This document shows, piece by piece, positions 51,801 through 64,000 of a stretch of DNA of 64,000 bases. The position numbers were made by a program, and so were the translations under genes. Source of the stretch: Trichoplax sp. H2 (Eukaryota); assembly GCA_003344405.1 (NCBI GenBank), contig NOWV01000232.1:1-64000 (forward strand), given 5' to 3'. Each line of letters begins with the position of its first letter. Position 1 is the stretch's first letter. Under the pieces are notes generated by a model. That model made no database searches. It saw only the letters and a program-made list of their open reading frames with translations, and was not told where the DNA came from.

Positions 51801-54800
51801 TTTATAGAGCTAAAGCTCTGTTTTGGAATTTGTATGTTTCTTTGTAGGTGGACCAGCTGCTATTACAGACGCTAATTTATGCTTAGGAAGACTATTACCA
51901 GAGTGAGTGGTTATAGCTGAAATATAAACATGTTTATCTAGCATTTCACCCTAACCGGCGATTATATTTTAACATTTCTTCTCATACGCACATTTAAATG
52001 CGAAGATATTTTCCTAAAATTTTTGGTAAAAATAATGATGCCCCATTAGATAAAGGCGCCGCCAGACAGGCATTACAATTACTTACCGATAGTGTAAGTT
52101 ACTTTACTCTAATTAATGTTGTGGCCTTTCGGGTCATTTTTTTAAATTTAATTTTTATTTTTGTAGGTAAACGAATTCCTTGCTGGAGAAGGTGATCGTG
52201 TGAATAAAAGTAACCTATCTTTGGAAGAAGTTGTAATGGGATTTATACGAGTCGCAAATGAAACAATGTGCAGACCTATTCGATCAATAACACAGGTAGG
52301 AATAACGAATTCATTATAATAAATCAATGTGTATCAACATATTGCTATAGCAATTATTCGAAAACTAACCTAATAACGCACTATTATTACATTATCGTAC
52401 AAGGGAAAGGGTTATGATACATCTCAACATATATTAGCATGTTTTGGAGGAGCAGGGGGCCAACACGCATGTGCTATTGCTCGTTCATTGGGAATGTCCA
52501 AAGTTGTTATACATAGGTTAGCTTATAGATAAATCTCCCATTAACATTAGGCATAATGCTTATGTATCATTTATACCGTTACAGACTTACTTTTAATTAA
52601 AAATTAAACAAAGTGTTTATTTATTTTAATTATCAGCAATTATATTAATTCCCTTTATTTTGAAGTTGAACTTTTTAATGGGCGATCCCTCTATTTTCGA
52701 TATAGATATTCTGGAATACTTTCGGCGTATGGCATGGCTCTTGCCGATGTTGTGCACGAACAACAAGAACCATGTGCCGCTACATATAAGCAAAGTACGA
52801 TTCAGACTCAATTCTGAATTCTGACTGCGGTTTTAATAAATCATTTATTTAATCTCAACTAGTCCACATTATAATAAATAACAGCGGATTAAATTCTCAT
52901 AACTTTAGGTGACTTTCAACAATTAGATGAACGAATCGATTATTTACGTGGTAAATGTATTAAAGAGCTAATGGTGCAGGGATTTCATAAGTACGAAGAT
53001 TTACTGATTATACGTGTATATTCACTGAAAAGATTAATTTCATCACTTAACCTTTCCTAACACTCTTCTTAAGATCTCAGATTAAGACCGAGGCATTTCT
53101 TAATATGCTTTATGAGGGTACTGATTGCGCCCTTATGTGTCAGTCCTCACCTGATGATACGGTAATTTATCAAGTTTTGATGTCATATTTCCCTATTCTT
53201 TTCGTTAGTTACTGATAATTAGTACTTTGATTAGAAAATAGCCACGGATGAATGTTGCAGGAATGGAGATTTTCGTAAAATTTTTACTACTAGGTATGAG
53301 TAATTGACTGCATCTTTAGCTTATACAGTACCACGCATAGATTTTTTAAAGCATGTTTTGTATCGTGTAAAAATATATACGCGTATGTACTGCATATATA
53401 GGTATAAAAGAGAGTTTGGTTTTATGATACCCGATCGTACTATCCAAGTGTGTGATATTAGAGTTCGAGGAGTTGGGATGTCCGGTATTACTCAATCGTA
53501 TGATTTACCGATGGCTCATGGAGCCCCACCGCTTGAACGGGTAAGGGTACACGTAATAATGATAAGTACCGGTTGATATACGAGTATACGTAATATGATA
53601 ACAGTTTTACAATAATAAGAACACCATTTTCTGCTGTTGTCACACAGACTACGAAATGCTATTTTGAAGACGGTTATCATGAGACGAAAGTCTACCTACT
53701 AGAATCTTTAAAAATTAACGATACAGTTGTTGGTCCAGCAATCATAATTGATAAAAACAGGTATTTCCATAAGTATTTCATTTCTTACTAAAATCTATTT
53801 GCAATAGCAATCAAATTTATATTTATTATAATGCTTTTCGATAGTACGATCCTTGTAGAGCCTGCATGCAAAGCTGTAATAAATAAACTTGGAGATATCA
53901 TTATTCATGTAAGATTTGTTCTCGATAAGAATTGAAATAAATATATCTGGTAAAATTCGTAAATATTTATAATTGTACATGCACAGATTGCAAAGCGTTC
54001 AATAGCAACTATCGGAAATAATCTTGATGTCGTTCAGGTATATTTGCATTTGGAGTGTTAGTATAAAACTAAAGATGTGATCTAAAACGGATCATTAAAG
54101 TCGACTTTTATTTCTACGACAGCTTTCTATTTTCTCTCATCGATTTATGAGTATCGCAGAGCAGATGGGAAGGTAACGTAAACTGTTATTTCAATTTAGC
54201 TACTAGCTATTCACACTATACGTGCTTAGCATTGCTATTATTTATACTTCGGATCTTTCAGAATTTTACAAAGAACTTCTATTTCAACTAACATAAAGGT
54301 ATTTTTTTAAAAATCGCTGATTTGATATAAATATTAAGTTTTCCGATAATATATAATCAATCACTGATGTGCACTTATGTATTTTGTTCTGTCTTAATAA
54401 TTGCTAAGGAACGTTTGGATTTCTCATGTGCTCTTTTTGGACCAGATGGTGGTCTTGTTGCTAACGCTCCCCATATTCCTGTGCATTTGGGGGCAATGCA
54501 AGAGGCAGTCAAGTGTCAGGTGCAGTATGGATTTTAAAATCAAATGAGCTTATGTTAGTTGAAATAAGACATCTACGTGAGATTGGTTAACTCCTTCTTG
54601 TGTTTGCTGGCATTCATAGATTGAAAAATTAAATATAGAATTAAATGATGGAGACGTAATTCTTGCTAATCATCCCCAGGCTGGTGGCAGCCATTTGCCA
54701 GATCTAACAGTTATAACACCTGTAAGTATACTATTATACAGCATTTTGTTACGTGGTATTTTAATGAAAAAGTAAAAATTTTTTGATTGCGGGCACATAT

Positions 54801-57334
54801 TGTGATTATCATAAAGGTATTTTATACTGGTAATTCTAAGCCAGTATTTTTCGTGGCCAATCGTGGCCACCATTCAGACATCGGGGGCATCACTCCAGGT
54901 ACCATGGAAAACATTCGAAATTTTTCCTTGTTCTACTTGGTTTAAATTGCTAATATGGAAATTGTTACTAAAATTCCAATACAGGATCGATGCCGGCAAG
55001 GTCTACGACTTTAGAACAGGAGGGTGCAATCTTTAAGTCTTTTAAGCTTGTAAAGAATGGAATATTTCAAGAAAAAGGTAACTATTGAAATCCATGAAGT
55101 AGTTGTTGTGTTGTTAAATTTAATACCAATGTTTCGAATATCTTATTGTAGAAGTTACAGAGATGCTTATGCGCCCTGGACAAATTCCTGGAAACAGCGG
55201 AACTCGTAATCTTCACGATAATTTGGCTGATTTACGTGCACAGGTCGCTGCAAATCAAAAGGTAAAGATATCTAAGTTGTTCATTAGCGACGATTTTGCT
55301 TCTTTACATTTGGCAGATAACAAAGTTTATTGCATATTGATAGGGCATTACGCTTGTAACAGGCTTGATTAAAGAATATAGTCTGGAGGTTGTTCAAGCC
55401 TATATGACTCATATTCAGGTTAGTACTAGCAGATTATTTGTCAGCTTAGAAATCAAAGCTAATCAATTTGCAAAATATAAGCTCTGTCCTATTAATGTTT
55501 CTTATGGAATAGGAAAATGCAGAAGTTGCTGTGCGAGATATGCTACGAGAAGTTGCGAAACGTAATAAGGTAAATTCTATAGCAATATAAGTAGAAAATT
55601 TTGTAATAAGTTAATTTGACTTCTCTTCTTGCTTCATCAGACAAAAGAAGGAATAGCAACGCTATCTGCGGTAGACTATATGGATGACGGTACACAGATT
55701 CAGTTGGAAGTCACAATAAACGAGGAAGAGGTTCATATAGTTTCTGTCTAATTTTCAAATTTATAAATTTTATTTTTAGACGGCTAAGTCTATGTTATCA
55801 TCCTTGTAGGCTAGTGCTGTTTTTGATTTTACTGGTACGGGGCTTGAAGTTGCAGGAAATTGTAACACTCCACCAGCAGTAACGTTGTCAGCTCTCATTT
55901 ATTGTTTACGATGCATGATAAATCACGATATACCCCTTAATCAGGTTTGTTTAATTTCTAATTTAAATCTTGTACTAACTACTTTCAATTGGTATAGCGA
56001 AGTCTAAGGCATTGTTTCGTAATTTGATTATATTTACAATTCCAAATTATGGTCATTAGGGCTGTCTAAATCCCATCAAGACGATTATTCCCAAAGGCAC
56101 AATACTATATCCAACTGAAAATGCTGCTGTAGTTGGCGGCAACGTCCTTACCTCACAACGTATTGTTGACGTTGTATTCAAAGCATTTTCTGCGTGCGCT
56201 GCTTCACAGGTACCTTATAATTAATACTTTATTATACGCAATGCCTTTCCATCTGTGTAATTTTGTTAATTCCTAGGGATGTATGAATAATATCACTTTC
56301 GGCGACAGAAGTATTGCTTACTATGAAACTGTTGCTGGAGGAGCTGGAGCGGTAAGACTTGTAATTGTAAATATTTCCAACGAATTATTGTATGCAGACT
56401 GTAAATTTTACTTTTGAAAAATTCTATATCTACACTTGTATTACCTCTATTTCAAACTTATATATCAGGGGCCAACTTGGAATGGGCGCAGCGGTATTCA
56501 TACACATATGACGAATACTAGGATCACCGATGCAGAAATCTTAGAAAAAAGGTACAAGTGCTACCGTCTTGAATTTGAAGTTAACGAGTTTATACCGCTT
56601 TAATAATATCAGAATAAGCCTTCTGATGTCTTAGTAACACAGTTATCCGGTATTTTGATAAGGGATTCTTCAAAATTTGTATTACTTTTCATTAGATATC
56701 CTATCATTTTAAAAAGTTTTACAATTATGCCTAATACTGGTGGAAGAGGACAATGGTGTGGTGGTGACGGAGTGATAAGAGAATTGATGTTTAGAAAGTC
56801 ATTAACACTTTCTGTTTTAACTGAGCGCCGGGTCTTTGAACCGTATGGATTGTTGGGTAGGCAATAAAGAGAATAATGTTATAGTTTGCTTTGATTATTT
56901 AAATTCCTATTCTAATATTTATACGAACATAACATAGGAGGGGAACCTGGCAAAAAGGGACAGAATATTTTAATATATAAAAACGGACGACAAGCCAATT
57001 TAGGTTCCAAAATTTCAATCGATGTTGAGGATGGTGTAAGTATGAAAGACAATTGGATATTGCATTTACTTTTGACCTGAGATGATTACTTTAAGGCTTG
57101 ACGGATTTTAAAATTTAAGATATAACAGAAGCTTTATAATACGATTAAATGAATTTTGGTTAACGTTATAACTTTTAGCTATTTTAGATAGTAATATAAA
57201 AGCCCTGATTTTCAGAAGTGATAATGTTAACGTATATATATGTATTTATTAATTCACGCGATATATAGGATATTTTTCGACTAATATCGCCTGGTGGCGG
57301 TGGCTATGGGGCATATAATCCGGTATCAGATTAA
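48847..57334 (+). CDS. OPLAH: 5-oxoprolinase (ATP-hydrolysing), multi-exon
   Basis: [143 protein letters not shown]. Ends SPGGGGYG...SD*. Confidence 0.95.
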
Positions 57335-57914
57335 TATATTTATTAATGCAATGGCTACAATTGCGTTAAAGTGGGCAAACAAAAATTAACCTAGCTGCAT
57401 CATCGGAATTATTGATTTTATTTCTCGTCACTTTTGTAAAATTTAATTACACTAAAGCGTACTTTAGCGTGTAAGAGTAGAGTACAAAGAAATCATAAAG
57501 ACGTCTATATTACATTGAAATGATAATTCCTTTATTATGCTATAATTAATATACACTCATACATAGAAATGATTAAGAAAATGTATTTGAATAATTTGGG
57601 AATAAAACTACAAATGAAATCATATTTGTAATAACACATAATGAATTTTTGAGCTACAGCAGTATGCCGATAATATACGCTTAGCGAGAGACTTAAATGC
57701 AACATGCTTAGAGAAGATTCAGTAAGATAGAATATCTGCGAAAGAATATTAAATTATTAAACGGGCTGCAGTTGACCGATATATGCATTGCCTACCAAAG
57801 ACAGTTGTTTAGGTATGACATGCATGCCACTGTACAATATCGTGCGATGTAGAAGTGCATCAATACCTACATCATATAAGTAAGTACCTTTTACTGCTGT
57901 TATGTCCTACTAAC

Positions 57915-60190
57915 TTACTGATTAGCAAACCCTTTCAATTTTATAAATTTTGTTAAAGCTAAGTATGCAACATTTTGACGTGCTAGTTTTTTGTTTTTAT
58001 ACGAATTTAGACCATTAATTGTAATCGTTTTCGAATCGTCCAATTCTAAATTAACTGCACCAAAAAATGAGAGAGTTCCGTCATCCTGTCGCTGCTCTTC
58101 GTAACTGTATTTAGCCAATGGTATCCGTAATTTCTGACATATCATCATTAGCTGGCTAACATAATTAGTTGCAATGGTTTTACCCACTGAAGATTCTGCC
58201 AAATAAACATTAGTGATAACATCACAAGATAAGACACGCAAAGATATTCCATTGATAAATGTAGCGTAGGAAAGGAGTTAATACATTCATATACAGTATG
58301 TATGTACTGTATACTATAAATAGCAAAAGTTGTAATTATTTGCCTCTTAATTTAAAAATCGTTATACCTTCAAATTCTGATAGATTTAACAGCATTTCCT
58401 TAACGTCTTCTTCAAATTTTTTATTTTTTGTTGGTTTCACATCTTTTGCATAACTAACCAATATAGAATCATCTAGTATTGCGGGATTTAAGCGATTACA
58501 GTGAAAATAAAAAGTGTAAATTAGTTATATAGTAATATCTATGAGGATAATCATCGCGTAGGTAAAGAAGTTAAGGGATTTTAAATTACCTCGGGGTAAA
58601 GGCTTCCGTAGAAATTCCGGTGATGATGCCATAACAACTCGATTAACACCTTTATTCTAATTTATATGATAGGAGGTATTTAACAAAGTACATGTAGCAG
58701 TTATTATAACGTTCTTTATAATAGAATCTTGGATACATAGCTATTACTACAAAGTCGAAATAGCAAGAACGCAAAATTCTCCAATAAAGTCCTAAACAGA
58801 GAGAAGACTCTACTCTGAACACAGCAATGTTCATGTGCAATAATAAGGTATCATTTCTAAATTAAGTCTTGCCTTAGTGAAATTCATAATCACTGATGAT
58901 AATTTCTTGGCATCTTTATTACTAGCAGGAGTCGGTAATATTTTATTAGTCTTTCTTCCTTTCGAAGAATATAACTTGTGTTCATACACTACTTTAGGAT
59001 CATAAATATGTAACGACTCTTGCTTTGGCATTCGCTTTGATGATTTCTATTTGAAAAATTACATCATAACAAGCTTAGTAATGTATATATATACAGTGGA
59101 TTAGAATAGAGTTATTATTCCCTAAGCTGTAATTTCTCTACAATATACTCTACTACAGCATACCTACTAGATGGGATAATATTTAATAGGGTACTCTTAG
59201 TAAGTTTATATGCATATACCTCTTTATATCTGTTCGGTAATTTTATAGTTGCAGTAGAAGTAGGTATGATTTGATCCGAGTCTTGCTCTAATGGCTTGTT
59301 GTCATCTTGTGATGGCTGATTATCAGTTACCGATTGGTTAGTCCTTAATATTTTAGCCCTAGTTTTATATTCCTATTTGTAATGATGATGAGCATTTTTC
59401 AAAAATAACATACGAGGACATAATTTCTTGTAAGACTAATAAATAACTATTCGAACTACCATGAAATAAAATGTTACCATCATCTGTAAGTGCTGATTAT
59501 TACTATCTATCACGGTAAAAGGAATAATTTAACGGTCTGTCTTTTTCTTATACTATTCTTGCCACTTCAACGTTTATTCTGGTCTATTACCTCTTTTTCT
59601 CCATTTGGTAGTTGTGCCCAAGCGATTCTGACTGAAGATTTCACTTTAGTAAATTATAGTGGAATAATATCAATTCATTTTACTATTAAGTTCATTGTAT
59701 CCGTTAAAGTTTAACGTAAATTTTCTATTCTATATATAGTTCATTGACATTGAAAAACTTGTAATTTCAAGTATTAAAGTGTATTACCAGAAAACAGTCA
59801 TCTTTCAACAATATTACTAGCATCAAAACATGATCTTATTATGACCTAACATAGTAAAGGTTGATGGTGCCAGACTTACAAAACTACAAAATTTGTATAA
59901 TATATTATACCTGCATTTTGTTGGTCTCCACTCGCTTTAAGCTTTGATAATTTCTCGTTATATTCTTTGATAAAGAGTGTATATGAAGTTCTAATAACAG
60001 TAAATACATTTACCTAAATTAAACAGATATGTTTTTGCTATTGACCTTCGCGGTAGAGCATTGGTGCATTTCTAATAGCTATTCCGTTTAGGCAAAATAC
60101 ATAGTATATAATTTCATAATGACTTACACTCTCTTCTGTCGCATGAATTGCTTCGTTAAAATGATTAACGCAGAGCTTATAGAGGAGCCG
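57915..60190 (-). CDS. Uncharacterised protein with an N-terminal HMG-box-like domain and a C-terminal double-stranded RNA-binding domain (5' end unresolved)
   Basis: Exons 60190-60128, 60071-60046, 59990-59911, 59643-59591 and 59372-59220 splice in phase to ...LPRRTSYTLFIKEYNEKLSKLKASGDQQNAVKSSVRIAWAQLPNGEKEEYKTRAK. The last large exon gives NYVSQLMMICQKLRIPLAKYSY...FFGAV...G.NSYKNKKLARQNVAYLAL, a dsRBD pattern. Confidence 0.65.
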
Positions 60191-60916
60191 CTAGGTGAGA
60201 ATAGACACAATCTAAAGAAAGAAAAATTAGAAATGTTGATCAGCTACATGAATCACGCCATTTATATACGTATTACGCCAAATATCAAGCTAGATAGCTA
60301 TGATATACTACTTGCATACCCTGTTCCTCCAAGTTTTAATCTAAATTTCATGTTTAATTTAAATGCAGCTATATACTTGATAGTCTATGCCATTAACAAG
60401 GTGCTCGATGCTGGACGCGTCGTTGAAATCAGTTTTACCTTCTTTGCGTAACTACAGCAGCATTTCATATATCATCAGCAATCTTAGCCTTACTACTGTT
60501 ACTATCAATATTGCTTATGTTTCTACAAAAAACAAAGAATATCGAGGAATAAGTCCTCCTCACTAGTTAGAAATCGACGATTAAGCGTAGAATTATTTGG
60601 ATTTAAGCTTCACGATGGGAAGATTTCAGTAAGATTTGATTAACTTGCAGCTGCTCTTCTCCTAAGCTAAAGCGTGCAGCACTTAATAAGGCACACCGTG
60701 TAACGTCCGTCAGTACCATCTGGCCTGTTGCAATTGACAGTATTGACTATGCGCAATGGTGTTAATGGTAAGTGCTAATCTTCATTACGAGCTGTTAGTA
60801 TGAACTCTAGTTAATAGCATGCACGTACTGTTCACTAACCGAAGCAATAGTAGATAGTAGCCAGGTCTCCACAGCATTCATTAATGGACGGTAGAAAGTT
60901 ACCAAGCGTCTTTTTA

Positions 60917-61575
60917 ATGAATGCTATCTCTATCTACAGTATATTAGGACCATAGAGATGGAAGAAAATCTTTTCTTAGATATCTCTGATCAGAATATAC
61001 TACAGAACGGACGGCAAAAACTGTCTTATGTTTACGAATACTTTCTGTAGCTGCGGTGCAGTATATGTTTATGATCATAATACGGCAAAAACTGTCTTAT
61101 GTTCACGAAATGCTTTCCGTAGCTACGGTACAGTATATGTTTATGATCATAATACGAGTATACTACGAAACAGACGGCAGAAACTTATCTTCTTTTGTGA
61201 ATGGTGCCTGTCTACAGTTTATCGGAACTATAAAGATAGAAGAAAACCTTATCTTATATCTCTGAACATAATATACTACAAAAGTTGATAGAAACTGTTT
61301 TCTTCTTATGGAGTATCTGTCTATAGTTTATCAGAAGCGTAGAGGTAGAAGAAAACCTTTACTTATATATCTGATCAGAATATGCTACAGAACGGATGCT
61401 GTCTATCTACGGTTCCGATATACGAGATTGTTAGAAGATCTTTTGTTGTGTCCCCATGATCAGGCATACTGCAGAACGCATGGCAGATGGTTGCTGCAAA
61501 TTGTCTTCTTTTTAAGAATGTTTATCTACAGTATATCAGAACTATAAAGATATAATAAATCCTTTTCCTATGACC
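60917..61575. repeat. Degenerate ~110-bp minisatellite with an internal ~70-bp duplication
   Basis: TCTACAGT.TATC.GAACTATAAAGATAGAAGAAAACCTT..CTTATATCTCTGATCAGAATATACTACAGAACGGA recurs at ~60933, 61211, 61320 and 61525. ACGGCAAAAACTGTCTTATGTT occurs at 61011 and 61082. Confidence 0.85.
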
Positions 61576-62148
61576 ATTATTAGATTTATAGCCATTAATT
61601 CGTTCCAGACATATCTATTCTCGTTTTTATTATAATCAATTTCGGCCCCACTTTTACAGTCTTCAGTATAAAGCGTACTCTAATACTGTATAACGTTCAA
61701 TAACTACTTTATTTTTACCGTGAATATAGGTAATAAATAGGGCAGTTATTGATTAAGAGCGTATAAGTATCCAAATACTCTAGTACTTACTTGACATAAT
61801 GCCATAGTCTGAGTTAAATTAAAATTTACTAATTGATGATTCTTCAGCCAGTAAATACTAATATCATTAACACCTTAATAGATGATCAGAGAAATTTTAT
61901 CGTTGTTCATTTAACTTACATATTAATAAATAGCATAAGTATTATGAATAAAATAAACAACAAAAAAATGGTAACACATCTCCAATTCAAATATGAGCAA
62001 AGAAATATACTGTAAGCGACATGCATAAGCGATTAAAATATAGACCATGGCTGTACCGTAGCATGGTTTAGCACTAAGGATTGTTAAATTACTCGACAAG
62101 AACAGTATGTAAAAATAGAATAGGTGCTGAATTAAGGGGACGATGGAC

Positions 62149-63794
62149 TTATTTCGAGTTCGGGCTTTTTGTTGGAGAGAATAAAACTTTACCAACATTC
62201 TTTCGCTCGTGTATACGACGGAAGGCATCGGTAAACTACAGTTTTATGAAATGAAAGAAAATATTATTTGCAGCGGTGTGATTTAACCAGCCTTATAGTA
62301 CAACTTGATTATAAATACTTCACTACTATAGATTGTAAAGTACATTTAGTTATCACTTACATCTTCGAAAGCATGAACAGAATCAATTTTCGGTTTAACA
62401 ATTCCGTCATTATACCATCGAACAATATCAGAAAAAGCTGGAGGTAAAATTTTTTTGTAGTAGCCAGTAAACAAATGGCCAAGGTGAACTCCACCAACCA
62501 TCTTGTTATCAGCCATCAGGTCTAATGGACTCCTTCCGCTCGTGTTCCACCACTAAGGAAATAGTAGAAGAAAAAAATTTTAACAATGTAAATGTTACAA
62601 TTACATTTTTGTGTTAGTTGCTTGCTGCTACGGTTCAATTTCTATTACTTGAACACAAAATAGTACACGTGATAACGTGATAAAAGTTGAGGCTATAAAT
62701 TAAAACGTATGCGTAACTTAAAACTAACTTACTAACATACCGTTTTGGCTATACTCATCAAACTACGACTCCCACCAGTTACTATATTAGCACTCCCTGC
62801 AAATGGGAACACATGTCCGTATGTTATTGTAGTATCGCTTTACAACAAAAAAATACTGCCAAGAAAATATTAAAGATTGTACTGCGGTAAACCAATAATC
62901 AGATATATTTACTATTTAGTATAGCCTTACCATAGACGATTTGTCTGCCAAAGGTTTTTGTTAAGTCATAATTTCTTTTATTCTCCGTGCCACCTAATGG
63001 GTCTAAAACCAGATCAATTCCCTCTGGTTCTAATCTAAAAATGATAGAGTCATTTTAAGACTGTATTAGTCTACTAGTAAATTGTATATTTAGAATGAGA
63101 TATTACTAATATCTTTAACTAAAGGAATATACTAAATATATTGATTCATCATGTCAATTAAAATTAAGAAATATAAAAGCGTAATACTTTCTTATCTCAT
63201 TGACATAGTCTTGGGTTCTGTAATCGATTAAATGGGTATATCCATTTTCTTTTGCGCCTTCATGCTAGTAATAAAAAGTTATTGCATATTACAAATTAAT
63301 TTTCATAGATAGGTAATTTACATTTTATCATTTATTTTATCCATGGGAAAGACTGCGTATTTGTCCGATTTAACAGTAAACTAGCAATACCTTTCCTGCG
63401 GAACATGTACCATAAAGCGTAACCTTAGGGACAGTCCTGCAGAGCTGACCAACAGCATAGCCCTGCATAAGATAATTTTTTATATTAAAGACAATATAAT
63501 GGTAACTTCAATTTCAAGCAATCTAAGCTAGCAAATTATATATTGGTAAAATTGGGTGATATAAAATTTTTGACTTACGACACCGCCTGCAGCCATATGG
63601 CATAGAACGCTTTGGCCTTCTTGTAAATTGCCAAAATTAAAGAGCATGACGTAGGTCGTTAGGTAGTTTACAGGGATAGCAGCCCCTTCTTCGAATGACA
63701 TACTATCAGGCATTACCACCACTAGATCGGCAGCAGTAATGGCATATTCACTCCATCCGCCGGATCGACATACACCTATTACTCGAGTTCCAAC
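62149..63794 (-). CDS. VAT1: Synaptic vesicle membrane protein VAT-1 homolog (MDR/quinone oxidoreductase family), 3' part; 5' exons lie beyond the window
   Basis: MSFEEGAAIPVNYLTTYVMLFNFGNLQEGQSVLCHMAAGGV, GIDLVLDPLGG, YGSANIVTG, ADNKMVGGVHLG, KPKIDSVHAFED, RKNVGKVLFSP...* The sequence cannot separate VAT1 from VAT1L (probably a pro-ortholog). Confidence 0.85.
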
Positions 63795-64000
63795 CTGACA
63801 AGTAAAGGCAAGAGATTTCTCCAAATAAATACACTTTCTAGCCTAATAGAAATTTATCTGCTACTTCATATCAAGAAAATAAAATTTTAAGTATTCTACT
63901 ACAGATGTAATATCAAGATATCATGATGAATTTAAGTAACTGTAAATAAATAATGTTTTTCATTTAGTGCATTAAAGTATTCATAAAAGCATATATGACA

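Noticed and set aside
58871..58872. GC-AG intron donor (AAG|gcaaga) in the HMG-dsRBD gene
   Set aside because: A canonical upstream donor (GCT A|gtaata) gives a phase-consistent path to the downstream exons, and the GC option does not.
59788..59845. Possible stop-containing (poison) exon inside the HMG-box intron
   Set aside because: AG/GT boundaries are present but such pairs are common by chance, and there is no further support.
61028..61547. ORFs of 69-86 aa with internal repeats
   Set aside because: They are translations of the minisatellite.

Overview
AT-rich, gene-dense eukaryotic DNA from an animal with a compact genome. Typical GT-AG introns are 70-130 bp and there is a (CAGTA)n satellite; the style suggests a placozoan such as Trichoplax, which is inference only. 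From left to right: (1) 1-17.3 kb, a minus-strand tandem array of six secreted fibrinogen-related/intelectin-like genes in two subfamilies. Subfamily A has one coding exon and includes one partial copy and one frameshifted copy. Subfamily B has two exons, whose signal-peptide exons I reconstructed. The array also holds a 20-N gap flanked by a duplicated segment and a degraded discoidin-like relic. (2) 19.3-20.2 kb, a ~69-bp-period array of palindromes, a 40-bp minisatellite and an RFX X-box. (3) A complete 16-exon HYDIN gene (~5228 aa) with 9.3-kb and 3.5-kb exons. (4) CPSF1 on the minus strand, with a candidate 6-nt microexon and a 3' end that probably overlaps HYDIN's. (5) A CAGTA satellite and a Tc1/mariner-type MITE. 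(6) OPLAH. (7) An uncharacterised spliced gene that appears to join an HMG box to a dsRBD. (8) A ~110-bp minisatellite and the 3' part of a VAT1-like gene. No rRNA, tRNA or true CRISPR array was seen. All gene models were spliced by eye.
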